Below are positions 9,174 to 17,204 of a stretch of DNA of 53,439 nt, in pieces. Position 1 is the first letter of the stretch; each line of letters starts with the position of its first letter. The translations under genes and the position numbers were made by a program. The notes under the pieces were generated by a model that made no database searches, was not told the DNA's origin, and saw only the letters and a program-made list of their open reading frames with translations. This stretch comes from Betaproteobacteria bacterium (GTDB lineage: Bacteria > Pseudomonadota > Gammaproteobacteria > Burkholderiales > JAYUZG01), in assembly GCA_043751985.1 (NCBI GenBank), contig JAYUZG010000019.1, forward strand, positions 1 through 53,439. Reading direction: 5' to 3'.

Positions 9174-9656
9174 TCATTGCGACGCCGCTCGACGCTTGGC
9201 GAACCAAGCGCCCAGCGCCACCACCGGAAAGTGCAAACCGTATCCCAGTAGATTCATCACGCCCTGATAGGGGCCGGAATTAGAGTCACCGCCGATCAAC
9301 GCACCCAAGGCCATCGAGAGCGCGCCGGCCACCAGGGCATGCTTGATGTGCACGTGTCCGGCGACGCGGCCCGCCACGTAACCGCCCACCGCCGAGAAAA
9401 GCATGCCAATCACCAGAGACAGCAACAGGTAGGTCGGATCCGCGCCCAAGGATTTCATCAACTCCTCGGCCGAAGCTCCGCCACCACTCGCTTGCGCAAA
9501 CAAGATCGCGAAAATCGCCGCGCCGACTACAATGCTGCCGCCGATGTCGGTCAGCGCGCCGAACACGACCGCCTTCCAGCGAAAGCGCAGGTCAATCACT
9601 GCGTCGCCGTCGCGCACTTCGCTGCGCGGCGCTTGATAGGGATTACGTTCGTCCAC
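9174..9656 (-). CDS. Small integral membrane protein, unknown function
   Basis: The ORF is 160 aa with a GTG start. It begins with an NPYQAP motif followed by about 4 Gly/Ala-rich hydrophobic spans. The start overlaps the upstream SDR stop by 1 nt. Confidence 0.55.
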   Translation of the reverse strand: MDERNPYQAPRSEVRDGDAVIDLRFRWKAVVFGALTDIGGSIVVGAAIFAILFAQASGGGASAEELMKSLGADPTYLLLSLVIGMLFSAVGGYVAGRVAGHVHIKHALVAGALSMALGALIGGDSNSGPYQGVMNLLGYGLHFPVVALGAWFAKRRAASQ

Positions 9657-10420
9657 TATTTTCTCGCGGCCTCGACGGTGCCCAGGTAAATCCGATTCCA
9701 GGTCGGGCTGATGATGATTTCATTGATGCACATGTGCGGCGGCAGCTCGCAAATAAACCGGATGGTGTCGCCCAGGTCTCGCGGTTGCAGCATGCGCGCG
9801 CGGTCTTCGGCGCTCGGCGGAACAGGCCGCCGGTCCATGATCGGCGTGGCGACCTCCGCCGGACACAAGGCGCAGGCTCGAATGCCATTGGTGCATTCCT
9901 CCATGTTGATGGTTTCGGTCAGCATGATCACCGCGCTCTTGCTGCCGTTGTACGCGGCACCGGTCATCTTCGAGTGATACACACCGGCCCACGACGAGAC
10001 GTTGATCACCAATCCGTCTTTCTGCTTACGCATAGCGGGCAGCACCGCGTGCACGCAGTAGAAAGTGCCATCCAGATTGACGCGGATCACTTCGTTCCAT
10101 CCATCGATGGTCTGGTTACTCCAAAATCGATTCGCTACATTGAGACCTGCGCTGTTCAGTAAAATGTCGATGCGTCCGTGACGCGCCAAGATCCGCTCTG
10201 CCACCGACTGCACGGATTTTTGTTCGGCAACATTCAAGACCTCGATCTCCGCCTTGCCGCCACGCCGTTGAATCTCATCCGCTTGCGTGCGCAGCACGTC
10301 TTGGCGCCGCCCGGACATCACGACAATGGCACCTTCCGCCGCGAGTGCCTGCGCGCCAGCCAGCCCGATGCCGCTGCCCGCACCGGTGATCCAGGCAATT
10401 TTCCCTTGAAGTTTCTTCAT
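9656..10420 (-). CDS. SDR-family oxidoreductase
   Basis: It carries TGAGSGIGLA (a TGxxxGxG cofactor motif). NSAG and YNGSK (YxxxK) are the catalytic motifs. Confidence 0.88.
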   Translation of the reverse strand: MKKLQGKIAWITGAGSGIGLAGAQALAAEGAIVVMSGRRQDVLRTQADEIQRRGGKAEIEVLNVAEQKSVQSVAERILARHGRIDILLNSAGLNVANRFWSNQTIDGWNEVIRVNLDGTFYCVHAVLPAMRKQKDGLVINVSSWAGVYHSKMTGAAYNGSKSAVIMLTETINMEECTNGIRACALCPAEVATPIMDRRPVPPSAEDRARMLQPRDLGDTIRFICELPPHMCINEIIISPTWNRIYLGTVEAARK

Positions 10421-10443
10421 TTTTCCTCCCGCTTGTTTCCGGC

Positions 10444-11397
10444 TTACGCGCGCGCCGCGCTGAACGTCGCGCGCAACATGTCCGTCGATTCCGCCACGGC
10501 GCGCTTCGCCGCGTCCACTGCACCGCCCATCAGAATGAAGCCGTGGATCATGCCCTCGTAATTGCTCAAGCGCACGCGATTGCCGGCTTCGATCATACGC
10601 TGCGCATACTGAATGCCTTCGTCACGCAAGGGATCGTAGCCCGCCACCAGCACCAGCGATGGCGGCAGATTCGACAGATCATCCGCCACCAGAGGCGCGA
10701 AGCGAAAATCGCTCAGGTCGCGCGCTGCGCGCCGATAGTGCTGATAGAACCAGGTAATCGTGTTGCGCGTGAGCACGTAACCTTCGGCGAATTGCTTGTG
10801 CGAGGGCGTCTCCGGCTCCGGCGCCACGCAGGGATAGATCAGCAACTGGAAGGCGAGCTTCGGATGCGCCGCGTTGCGCGCGAGAAGCGCCACCACCGTC
10901 GCGAGATTGGCCCCGGCGCTGTCGCCTCCTACCGCGATGCGCGCCGGATCGCCGCCAAACTCTACCGCATGCAGCGCCACCCATTTAAGCGCGGTCTCGC
11001 AATCCTCCACCGCGCAGGGAAACTTGTACTCCGGCGCCAGCCGGTAATCCACCGCGACCACGATGCACTCGCTGCCGTTCGCGAGCATGCGGCAAACAGA
11101 ATCATGCGACTCCAGGTCACCGATCACGAAACCGCCGCCGTGATACCAGACCAGCAGCGGCAGACGCTCACCCGGATTGACATCGCGCGGATGATAGAGA
11201 CGGATCGCGATCGTTCCGGTGTGGCCGGCGATGCGCCGATCTTCAACGCGGTGAATCGGCTCGCGCACCTTGAGTTTGTCCACGCGCAACCTATACTGCT
11301 CGCGCGCCTGGTCCGGTGTGAGCTGCCACAGCTCAGGCGCATTGGCTTGCTTGACAAGTTGAATAACCGTTTCGATTTGTGGATCAAGTGGCATCAA
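10444..11397 (-). CDS. Alpha/beta hydrolase, HSL-type esterase/lipase
   Basis: It has the HGGGF oxyanion motif and the GDSAGANL nucleophile motif. The ORF is 317 aa. Confidence 0.88.
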   Translation of the reverse strand: MMPLDPQIETVIQLVKQANAPELWQLTPDQAREQYRLRVDKLKVREPIHRVEDRRIAGHTGTIAIRLYHPRDVNPGERLPLLVWYHGGGFVIGDLESHDSVCRMLANGSECIVVAVDYRLAPEYKFPCAVEDCETALKWVALHAVEFGGDPARIAVGGDSAGANLATVVALLARNAAHPKLAFQLLIYPCVAPEPETPSHKQFAEGYVLTRNTITWFYQHYRRAARDLSDFRFAPLVADDLSNLPPSLVLVAGYDPLRDEGIQYAQRMIEAGNRVRLSNYEGMIHGFILMGGAVDAAKRAVAESTDMLRATFSAARA

Positions 11398-11494
11398 AAT
11401 TCCTCTTGGGGGTTCTTTGTTGCGACGGAGCTACAAAAGGACTCTGGCCTGAAAGCTCCGCAAGATGCCGAATCTTCATACGGCCTAGCGCAAG

Positions 11495-11749
11495 TTAACC
11501 AGCTCGTACCGCCTTTGCGCGCGTCGGTGTTGAGCGACGAGTTAGACGCGTCGCCCTCTTCGACAAAGCGAGTAATCCGGACAAGGCTTCGTTCACGGCC
11601 GCTGATGTGGGAAACGCTTTCGCGATCGAGGGTGACAGAACAACCACCGTCGCGCCCTTCGCAACTTCTGCGTAAAACTTCCCTCGCTCCAGCTTCGAAA
11701 AATCGGAGCGCTGGTAATCCGCTCGCATGTCGTCTTTAACCTTCTTCAT
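11495..11749 (-). CDS. brnA: Putative antitoxin partnered with BrnT (BrnA-like)
   Basis: The ORF is 84 aa, starting at an internal ATG of ORF 11495..12001. It overlaps the brnT 3' end by 14 nt. The N-terminal DYQRSDFSKLERGKFY pattern is typical of DUF497 partners. Confidence 0.6.
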   Translation of the reverse strand: MKKVKDDMRADYQRSDFSKLERGKFYAEVAKGATVVVLSPSIAKAFPTSAAVNEALSGLLALSKRATRLTRRSTPTRAKAVRAG

Positions 11750-12008
11750 AGTATTTCCTTTCGCTGCGAGTCGCGCGGCGTGCGCTGATGATTCGTATAG
11801 TACCCGGTCGGTAGGTGTGGTAGACGGCGAGCAGTTTTCCGAGTTGCGAAAAGCCAAAAGTAACGTACCGAAACTCTCCGATCGAATGATCTGGAGCTGC
11901 TCCAGATAGCGCCGTGGCATCAAGAAAAACGGACGCGGCTTCATCAAACGAGACGCGGTGCTTGCGCATATTGGCCGCCGCCTTCTTGGCGCCCCACTCA
12001 AACTTCAT
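11736..12008 (-). CDS. brnT: BrnT-family (DUF497) toxin
   Basis: The ORF is 90 aa. FEWGAKKAAANMRKHRVSFDEA...IRIISARRATRSERKYY matches the BrnT/DUF497 pattern. An SD GAGG lies upstream. Confidence 0.8.
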   Translation of the reverse strand: MKFEWGAKKAAANMRKHRVSFDEAASVFLDATALSGAAPDHSIGEFRYVTFGFSQLGKLLAVYHTYRPGTIRIISARRATRSERKYYEEG

Positions 12009-12045
12009 GCTGCCTCGTAGTCAGAATCGCCGGACGTCGCAACTT

Positions 12046-12456
12046 TCACGCTTCCTTTGCATACAGCAGCTTAAAAGTCCCCGTCGCTTTCGCCAGCAGC
12101 ACCCCTGCTTCGCTGCGCAGTTCGCCTTCGGAGAAGATCAACGAGCGGCCGGCGCGCGTGGCATGGCCTTCGGCCAGCACCGGCCCTTTGGCCGCGGCGA
12201 TGAAATTCGCCTTGAGCTCAACCGTGAGCGCACCGTTGCAGGTCGCGTCGAGCGAGCGCGCGGCGGTGGCCAGGGCGACGTCGAGCAAGGTGAGCAGCAC
12301 GCCACCGTGCAAGCCGCCCCAGTTATTCTCGAATTCCGGCTTGGCCTCCATACGCAGCCGCGATCGGCCGTCGAGTTTTTCCAGCAAGTCGATGCCGAGG
12401 TGATCGACAAAAGGTACCGTGAGGTCAAACCATCGCTGTCTGTTTACCGCCTCCAT
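12046..12456 (-). CDS. PaaI-family hotdog-fold thioesterase
   Basis: It carries the motif NNWGGLHGGVLLTLLDVA. The start at ATG 12456 avoids overlap with the upstream SDR. The longer ORF reaches 12534. Confidence 0.8.
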   Translation of the reverse strand: MEAVNRQRWFDLTVPFVDHLGIDLLEKLDGRSRLRMEAKPEFENNWGGLHGGVLLTLLDVALATAARSLDATCNGALTVELKANFIAAAKGPVLAEGHATRAGRSLIFSEGELRSEAGVLLAKATGTFKLLYAKEA

Positions 12457-12472
12457 CACATTGACGTCCGCA

Positions 12473-13249
12473 TTACATTGAAATGAGGCCGCCATCCACC
12501 GCGACGATCTGGCCGGTGATATACGCAGACGCATCGGAGGCGAACAAGACGGTGAGTCCCTTCAAGTCTTCCGCGCCGCCGAGCCGCTTCATCGGCGTCA
12601 TCTCCAGGATGATCTGCTCGGCGCGATCGATCATCCCTTGCGCCATCTTGGTCGGGAATACTCCGGGTGCGATAGCGTTGACCGTGATGCCATGATGCGC
12701 CCACTCCACCGCGAGCGAGCGCGTGAAATTCACCACGCCGCCTTTGCTCGCGTTGTAAGCGATGGTCGGCATCATGCGCGGATCGGTGCCGACCAAGCCG
12801 GCGATCGACGCGACGTTGATGATGCGGCCATAGCCACGCGGAATCATGGCGAGCTTGCCCACTGCCTGGCTCAACAGAAATACCGCAGTGAGATTCAAGT
12901 TGATCACCTTGTGCCAGGCGTCGAGCGGATGATCTTCGGCCGGCGCACCCCAGGCCGCGCCCGCGTTGTTCACTAAGATGTCGATCTGTCCATACTGCTT
13001 CAGCACGTTTTCCACCAGCGGCTGCACCGCGTGCGAGTCCTGCAAATCGCTCACCACGCTGTGGCATTGAATTCCCATCCGCGCCAGATGCGCCTTCGCC
13101 TCGTCGAGCTCGTGCACCTTGCGCGCGGAGAGGGCCAGTTTCGCACCCATCTCGCCCAAGGCCTCGGCCATCTGCAAGCCGAGCCCGCGCGAGCCACCGG
13201 TAATCAGCGCGACTTTAGCGGACAAGTCGAATAATTTTTTGATGCTCAT
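12473..13249 (-). CDS. SDR-family oxidoreductase (gluconate-5-dehydrogenase-like)
   Basis: It carries ITGGSRGLGLQMA, NNAG and YNASK motifs. Confidence 0.88.
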   Translation of the reverse strand: MSIKKLFDLSAKVALITGGSRGLGLQMAEALGEMGAKLALSARKVHELDEAKAHLARMGIQCHSVVSDLQDSHAVQPLVENVLKQYGQIDILVNNAGAAWGAPAEDHPLDAWHKVINLNLTAVFLLSQAVGKLAMIPRGYGRIINVASIAGLVGTDPRMMPTIAYNASKGGVVNFTRSLAVEWAHHGITVNAIAPGVFPTKMAQGMIDRAEQIILEMTPMKRLGGAEDLKGLTVLFASDASAYITGQIVAVDGGLISM

Positions 13250-13420
13250 CTCACGTCACCTTCGCCTATGTAGATCAAGTTGCAAGGCGAACTGTACAGA
13301 AAAAACACCCCCTCGCGGACTTGCCGCGCGCAACGCCGTGCTTGAGGCTCGCGGGAGCGTCACGTAAGATGGCCGCGACAGCTTCCCAATCTTGCAAAGC
13401 ATCATCAGCGAAAAACGCGA

Positions 13421-15247
13421 ATGACCGAACGAGTACGCGATGGCGAGGTGGACGACGCGGCAGTATTGGCGACGAGCTGGCTCGCGGCATTCGATGACGC
13501 TCTGGGCCGAGCAGACGCAGCCGCCGCCGCGGCCTTGTTTCTGCCTGACGGTCTCTGGCGTGACATCGTCGCCTTCACTTGGCACATCGAGACCCGTTAT
13601 GGTCAGAGGCAGATTCAAGCGCTGCTCGAGCAAAGTCTGTCTACGATTCGGCCCACACGATTTCGCCTTGACGCCGGTCGCACGCCGCCGCAGCAAGTCA
13701 ACCGCGCCGGCACCGCAGCGGTGGAGGCGATCTTTGCCTTCGAGACCGCGTTTGGCCGCGGCAACGGCGTGTTGCGGCTGGTGTCTGATGCGCAGGGTCG
13801 TATGCGCGCCTGGACGCTCTCCACCACGCTGTGTGAGCTGACCGGTTTCGAAGAACGCATCGGTGATCGCCGTCCGAGCGGCCCGGCGGATTTACGCGAT
13901 TTCGGCGCGGAGAACTGGCTGGATCAACGGCGCAAGTCGGCAGCGTATGCAGAGCACGATCCGGCGGTCATGGTCATCGGCGGCGGACAAGCCGGTCTCG
14001 CCGTCGCGGCGCGCTTGGTGCAGCTTGGGATCGACACGCTGATCGTCGAGCGCAATGCACGCATCGGCGACAACTGGCGCAATCGCTATCACTCGTTGAC
14101 GCTGCACAACGAAGTGTTCGTCAATCACTTGCCTTACATGCCGTTCCCGCCGAACTGGCCGATCTATATTCCCAAAGACAAACTGGCCAACTGGCTTGAG
14201 GCCTACGTCGAAGCGATGGAACTCAACTGCTGGACCGGCACCGAATTCTTGAACGGGCACTACGACGACGCAGCGCAATGCTGGGTACTTGAACTGCGGC
14301 GCGCAGACGGCAGCACGCGCATCATGCGGCCGCGTCATTTGGTATTCGCAGTGGGCGCCAGCCCTATTGCGCATCTTCCGCACTTGCCGGGGCTCGAATC
14401 GTTTGCCGGCAGCGTCATGCATTCGGGCAAATACGTGACAGGTAAGCAATGGCGCGGACGCAACACGCTGGTACTTGGCACCGGCACCAGCGGACATGAT
14501 GTCGCGCAAGACCTGTATTCCGCCGGTGCCAAGGTCACTTTGATCCAGCGCAGCCCGACCTACGTGGTCAGCCTCAAAGAGGCGCAGCGCGTGTACGCCA
14601 TGTACACCGAAGGCATTCCGTTCGAAGACTGCGATTTGTTCGCGACCTCGTTGCCGTTTCCGCTGTTGCAACGCTCGTACGTGCTGGCAACCGAAATGGC
14701 GCGGCGTAATGACGCAAAACTTCTGAACGGATTGGCGGCGAGTAAATTTCAGTTGGATTTTCAGGAAGACGATCAAGGTTTTCAGATGCGTTACTTGCAG
14801 CGCGGCGGCGGTTATTACTTCAACGTCGGCTGCTCCGATTTGATCATCGATGGCAAGATCGATGTCATGCAGTTCAGCGACATCGAGCGCTTCGTGCCGG
14901 AAGGCGCGCTATTGCGCGACGGCGCCATCTACCCTGCCGAATTATTGGTGCTCGCGAGCGGCTATTTGAGTCAGCAAGAAGTCGCGCGCCGCTTGCTCGG
15001 CGATGCAGTCTCGGAAAAGATTGGCCCGGTGTGGGGCTTCGACGAGGGCGGTGAGCTGCGCAATATGTGGAGACGCACGCGGCAAAAAAGTCTGTGGTTC
15101 ACCGCCGGCAGTCTGGCGCAGTCGCGCATCTTCTCGAAATTTCTCGCCTTGCAAATCAAAGCATGCGAAGTAGGCTTGATCGGCTTGGACATGCCACAGC
15201 ACGTTCATGCGAAACGGCCGGCCCTGCAGGCAACGGAGGCACAATGA
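13421..15247 (+). CDS. Class B flavoprotein monooxygenase (FMO-type, FAD/NADPH-dependent)
   Basis: It has two dinucleotide folds (VIGGGQAGLA and VLGTGTSGHD). It also has an FMO-type fingerprint, FAGSVMHSGKY (FxGxxxHxxxY). Confidence 0.85.
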   Translation: MTERVRDGEVDDAAVLATSWLAAFDDALGRADAAAAAALFLPDGLWRDIVAFTWHIETRYGQRQIQALLEQSLSTIRPTRFRLDAGRTPPQQVNRAGTAAVEAIFAFETAFGRGNGVLRLVSDAQGRMRAWTLSTTLCELTGFEERIGDRRPSGPADLRDFGAENWLDQRRKSAAYAEHDPAVMVIGGGQAGLAVAARLVQLGIDTLIVERNARIGDNWRNRYHSLTLHNEVFVNHLPYMPFPPNWPIYIPKDKLANWLEAYVEAMELNCWTGTEFLNGHYDDAAQCWVLELRRADGSTRIMRPRHLVFAVGASPIAHLPHLPGLESFAGSVMHSGKYVTGKQWRGRNTLVLGTGTSGHDVAQDLYSAGAKVTLIQRSPTYVVSLKEAQRVYAMYTEGIPFEDCDLFATSLPFPLLQRSYVLATEMARRNDAKLLNGLAASKFQLDFQEDDQGFQMRYLQRGGGYYFNVGCSDLIIDGKIDVMQFSDIERFVPEGALLRDGAIYPAELLVLASGYLSQQEVARRLLGDAVSEKIGPVWGFDEGGELRNMWRRTRQKSLWFTAGSLAQSRIFSKFLALQIKACEVGLIGLDMPQHVHAKRPALQATEAQ

Positions 15248-15621
15248 AGAACTTGCTGCTGATCCTGTCGCTGGTCAGCACCTGCGCGTCGGCGGAGTGG
15301 ACACGCGTAGCGGGCAACGAGGACTTGGACGCCTACGTCGATGTTGCCACGCTGCGCAAGCGCGAACATATCGTCGAGGTGTGGGTGCTGCTGGATTACA
15401 AGACCTCTCAGCAGTGGTCCGATTATTTGCTGTACTGGTCGATGAAGTCGCAAAAGGAATACGACTGCAAGGAAGCGCGTCAACACACACTGAGCTCCGC
15501 GCTGCATTTCGCGCACATGGGCGAGCGAGACAGCGTTTACACCGTCCCCGGCAGCACCGCTTGGGGATATCTCCTTCCCGCGAGTGTCGACGAAATGTTG
15601 TGGATATTCGCGTGTAAGTGA
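15244..15621 (+). CDS. Small secreted protein, surface-adhesin-E-like (tentative)
   Basis: The ORF is 125 aa with the signal peptide MKNLLLILSLVSTCASA. Its ATG overlaps the monooxygenase TGA (ATGA). Confidence 0.65.
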   Translation: MKNLLLILSLVSTCASAEWTRVAGNEDLDAYVDVATLRKREHIVEVWVLLDYKTSQQWSDYLLYWSMKSQKEYDCKEARQHTLSSALHFAHMGERDSVYTVPGSTAWGYLLPASVDEMLWIFACK

Positions 15622-15627
15622 ACGACG

Positions 15628-15918
15628 TTGGGTGGATTCGCGCGCCAGCGCAATCCACCGCGCCACCTGATTCTCATTGCGCTCTCCATTGCGCCGCTCG
15701 GTGGGCTGCTGCGCGAACACTGCAATTCTCGGTGGGTTGCTGCGCGAACCCACCCTACGAAAACTGGGTTTCTCTCTGCGTGCTTGGCGTTCTCTGCGCC
15801 TCTGCGTTGAGAGCAGGCCCCTCTTCGCGTTTTCGAATCGCCGATCCAGCGCCGCTCGGTGGGTTGCTGCGCGAACCCACCGTACGCAAATTTGGTTTCT
15901 CTCTGCGTTGAGAGTAAG
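15628..15918. repeat. Cluster of REP-like palindromes (BIME-like) with a second short repeat
   Basis: ggtggattcgcgcgccagcgcaatccacc lies at 15631-15659. ctcggtggg(c/t)tgctgcgcgaac(ccacc) occurs at about 15698, 15728 and 15855. It is followed by ggtttctctctgcgt(tgagag) at about 15767 and 15893. The stems are GGTGGGTT/AACCCACC. Confidence 0.75.
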
Positions 15919-15931
15919 CAAGCGCAACGGG

Positions 15932-17110
15932 TCAAACCACCTCAAACAATCCGGCGGCTCCCATTCCACCGCCTATACACATCGTCACGACCACATACTT
16001 CACTCCGCGCCGCTTGCCTTCGATCAAGGCATGACCAACCAGGCGGCTGCCCGTCGTTCCGTAAGGATGGCCGACCGCTATGGCACCGCCATCTACGTTC
16101 AGGCGCTCATTGGGAATGCCAAGTTTGTCGCGGCAATAGATCACCTGTACTGCGAACGCTTCGTTCAGCTCCCACAAGCCGATATCGTCAACTTTGAGAC
16201 CTGCGCGCCGGAGGAGCTTCGGCACCGCGAAGACGGGGCCGATTCCCATTTCGTCCGGCTCGCAGCCGGCAACAGCAAAGCCACGGAAGATACCCATCGG
16301 CATGAGACCTCGCGCGGCCGCTTCTTGATCGCTCATCACGACCTGCGCCGATGCACCATCGGAGAATTGACTTGCATTGCCCGCGGCAATCACACCTCCC
16401 TCGACGGCGGGTTTGATATTGGACACGCCTTCGTAGGTGGTGTCGGCGCGAATGCCTTCATCTTCGCTTGCAGTCACGTCCTTATGGGTTTCGGCGCCGG
16501 TATTCTTGTCGACGATTTTCATGCGCGTCGCAAGCGGCACGATCTCGTCGCGGAATTTTCCTGCGGCGCGAGATTTCGCTGCTTTCAACTGGCTGTCTAC
16601 GCCGTAGCGATCCTGCGCGTCGCGCGAAATTTTGTAACGCTTCGCGACATTCTCGGCGGTCGCCAGCATGGGCAGGTAAATCGCCGGTTTGTTCGCGTTG
16701 AGCCATTCCTCCTGCACCATGTGCCGGTTCATCTCATTCTGCACGCAGGAGATGGATTCCACGCCGCCGGCGACGAAGATGCTCGCCTCTCCGGCAAGGA
16801 TCCGCTGCGCCGCCAACGCTACCGTTTGCAACCCGGAGGAGCAGAAGCGATTGACCGTCATGCCCGACACCGTCACCGGCATACCGGCGCGCAGTGCGAT
16901 TTGCCGCGCGATGTTGTGCCCGGTCGCGCCTTCAGGATTGGCGCAGCCCATGATCACGTCTTCAACTTCGGCCGCGTCGAGCTTGGCGCGCTCGAGTACC
17001 GCCTTCACCACGTGGCCACCCAAGGTCGCGCCATGCGTCATGTTGAAGGCACCGCGCCAGGATTTGCACAGCGCAGTCCGGGCAGTCGATACGATAACGG
17101 CGTCGGTCAT
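15932..17110 (-). CDS. Acetyl-CoA C-acyltransferase (thiolase)
   Basis: The ORF is 392 aa. It has the active-site region NRFCSSGLQ and the C-terminal motif [10 protein letters not shown]. Confidence 0.92.
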   Translation of the reverse strand: MTDAVIVSTARTALCKSWRGAFNMTHGATLGGHVVKAVLERAKLDAAEVEDVIMGCANPEGATGHNIARQIALRAGMPVTVSGMTVNRFCSSGLQTVALAAQRILAGEASIFVAGGVESISCVQNEMNRHMVQEEWLNANKPAIYLPMLATAENVAKRYKISRDAQDRYGVDSQLKAAKSRAAGKFRDEIVPLATRMKIVDKNTGAETHKDVTASEDEGIRADTTYEGVSNIKPAVEGGVIAAGNASQFSDGASAQVVMSDQEAAARGLMPMGIFRGFAVAGCEPDEMGIGPVFAVPKLLRRAGLKVDDIGLWELNEAFAVQVIYCRDKLGIPNERLNVDGGAIAVGHPYGTTGSRLVGHALIEGKRRGVKYVVVTMCIGGGMGAAGLFEVV

Positions 17111-17160
17111 GATGGCTCCTAAAAATATTCAGAGTTCGAAGTTATCCCTTGCCTGCAAGC

Positions 17161-17204
17161 GTAGGGCGGCGCGTGGATTGCGCTGGCGCGCGAAGCCACC
17201 TACG
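17161..17204 (+). repeat. REP-like element, inverted copy of 15628-15667
   Basis: The sequence is gtagggcggcgcgtggattgcgctggcgcgcgaagccacctacg. It overlaps the stop codon of the upstream gene. Confidence 0.65.

Noticed and set aside
10543-11739. Several long ORFs run antisense to confidently called genes. They include 10543..11739(+), 15677..17122(+), 17605..19224(+), 6042..7052(+), 43966..44784(-) and 39746..40783(-).
   Set aside because: They are Arg/His/Gln/Ala-rich and low in complexity. They have no recognisable motifs and lie exactly opposite strongly recognisable genes. This is the usual artefact of stop-codon-poor antisense frames in GC-rich DNA.
15628-15918. The 15.6-15.9 kb repeat cluster might be a small CRISPR array.
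   Set aside because: The repeats are imperfect and in mixed orientation. They are themselves strong palindromes with GTAG-type heads, and their spacing is irregular. No cas genes lie nearby. The cluster fits REP/BIME elements instead.
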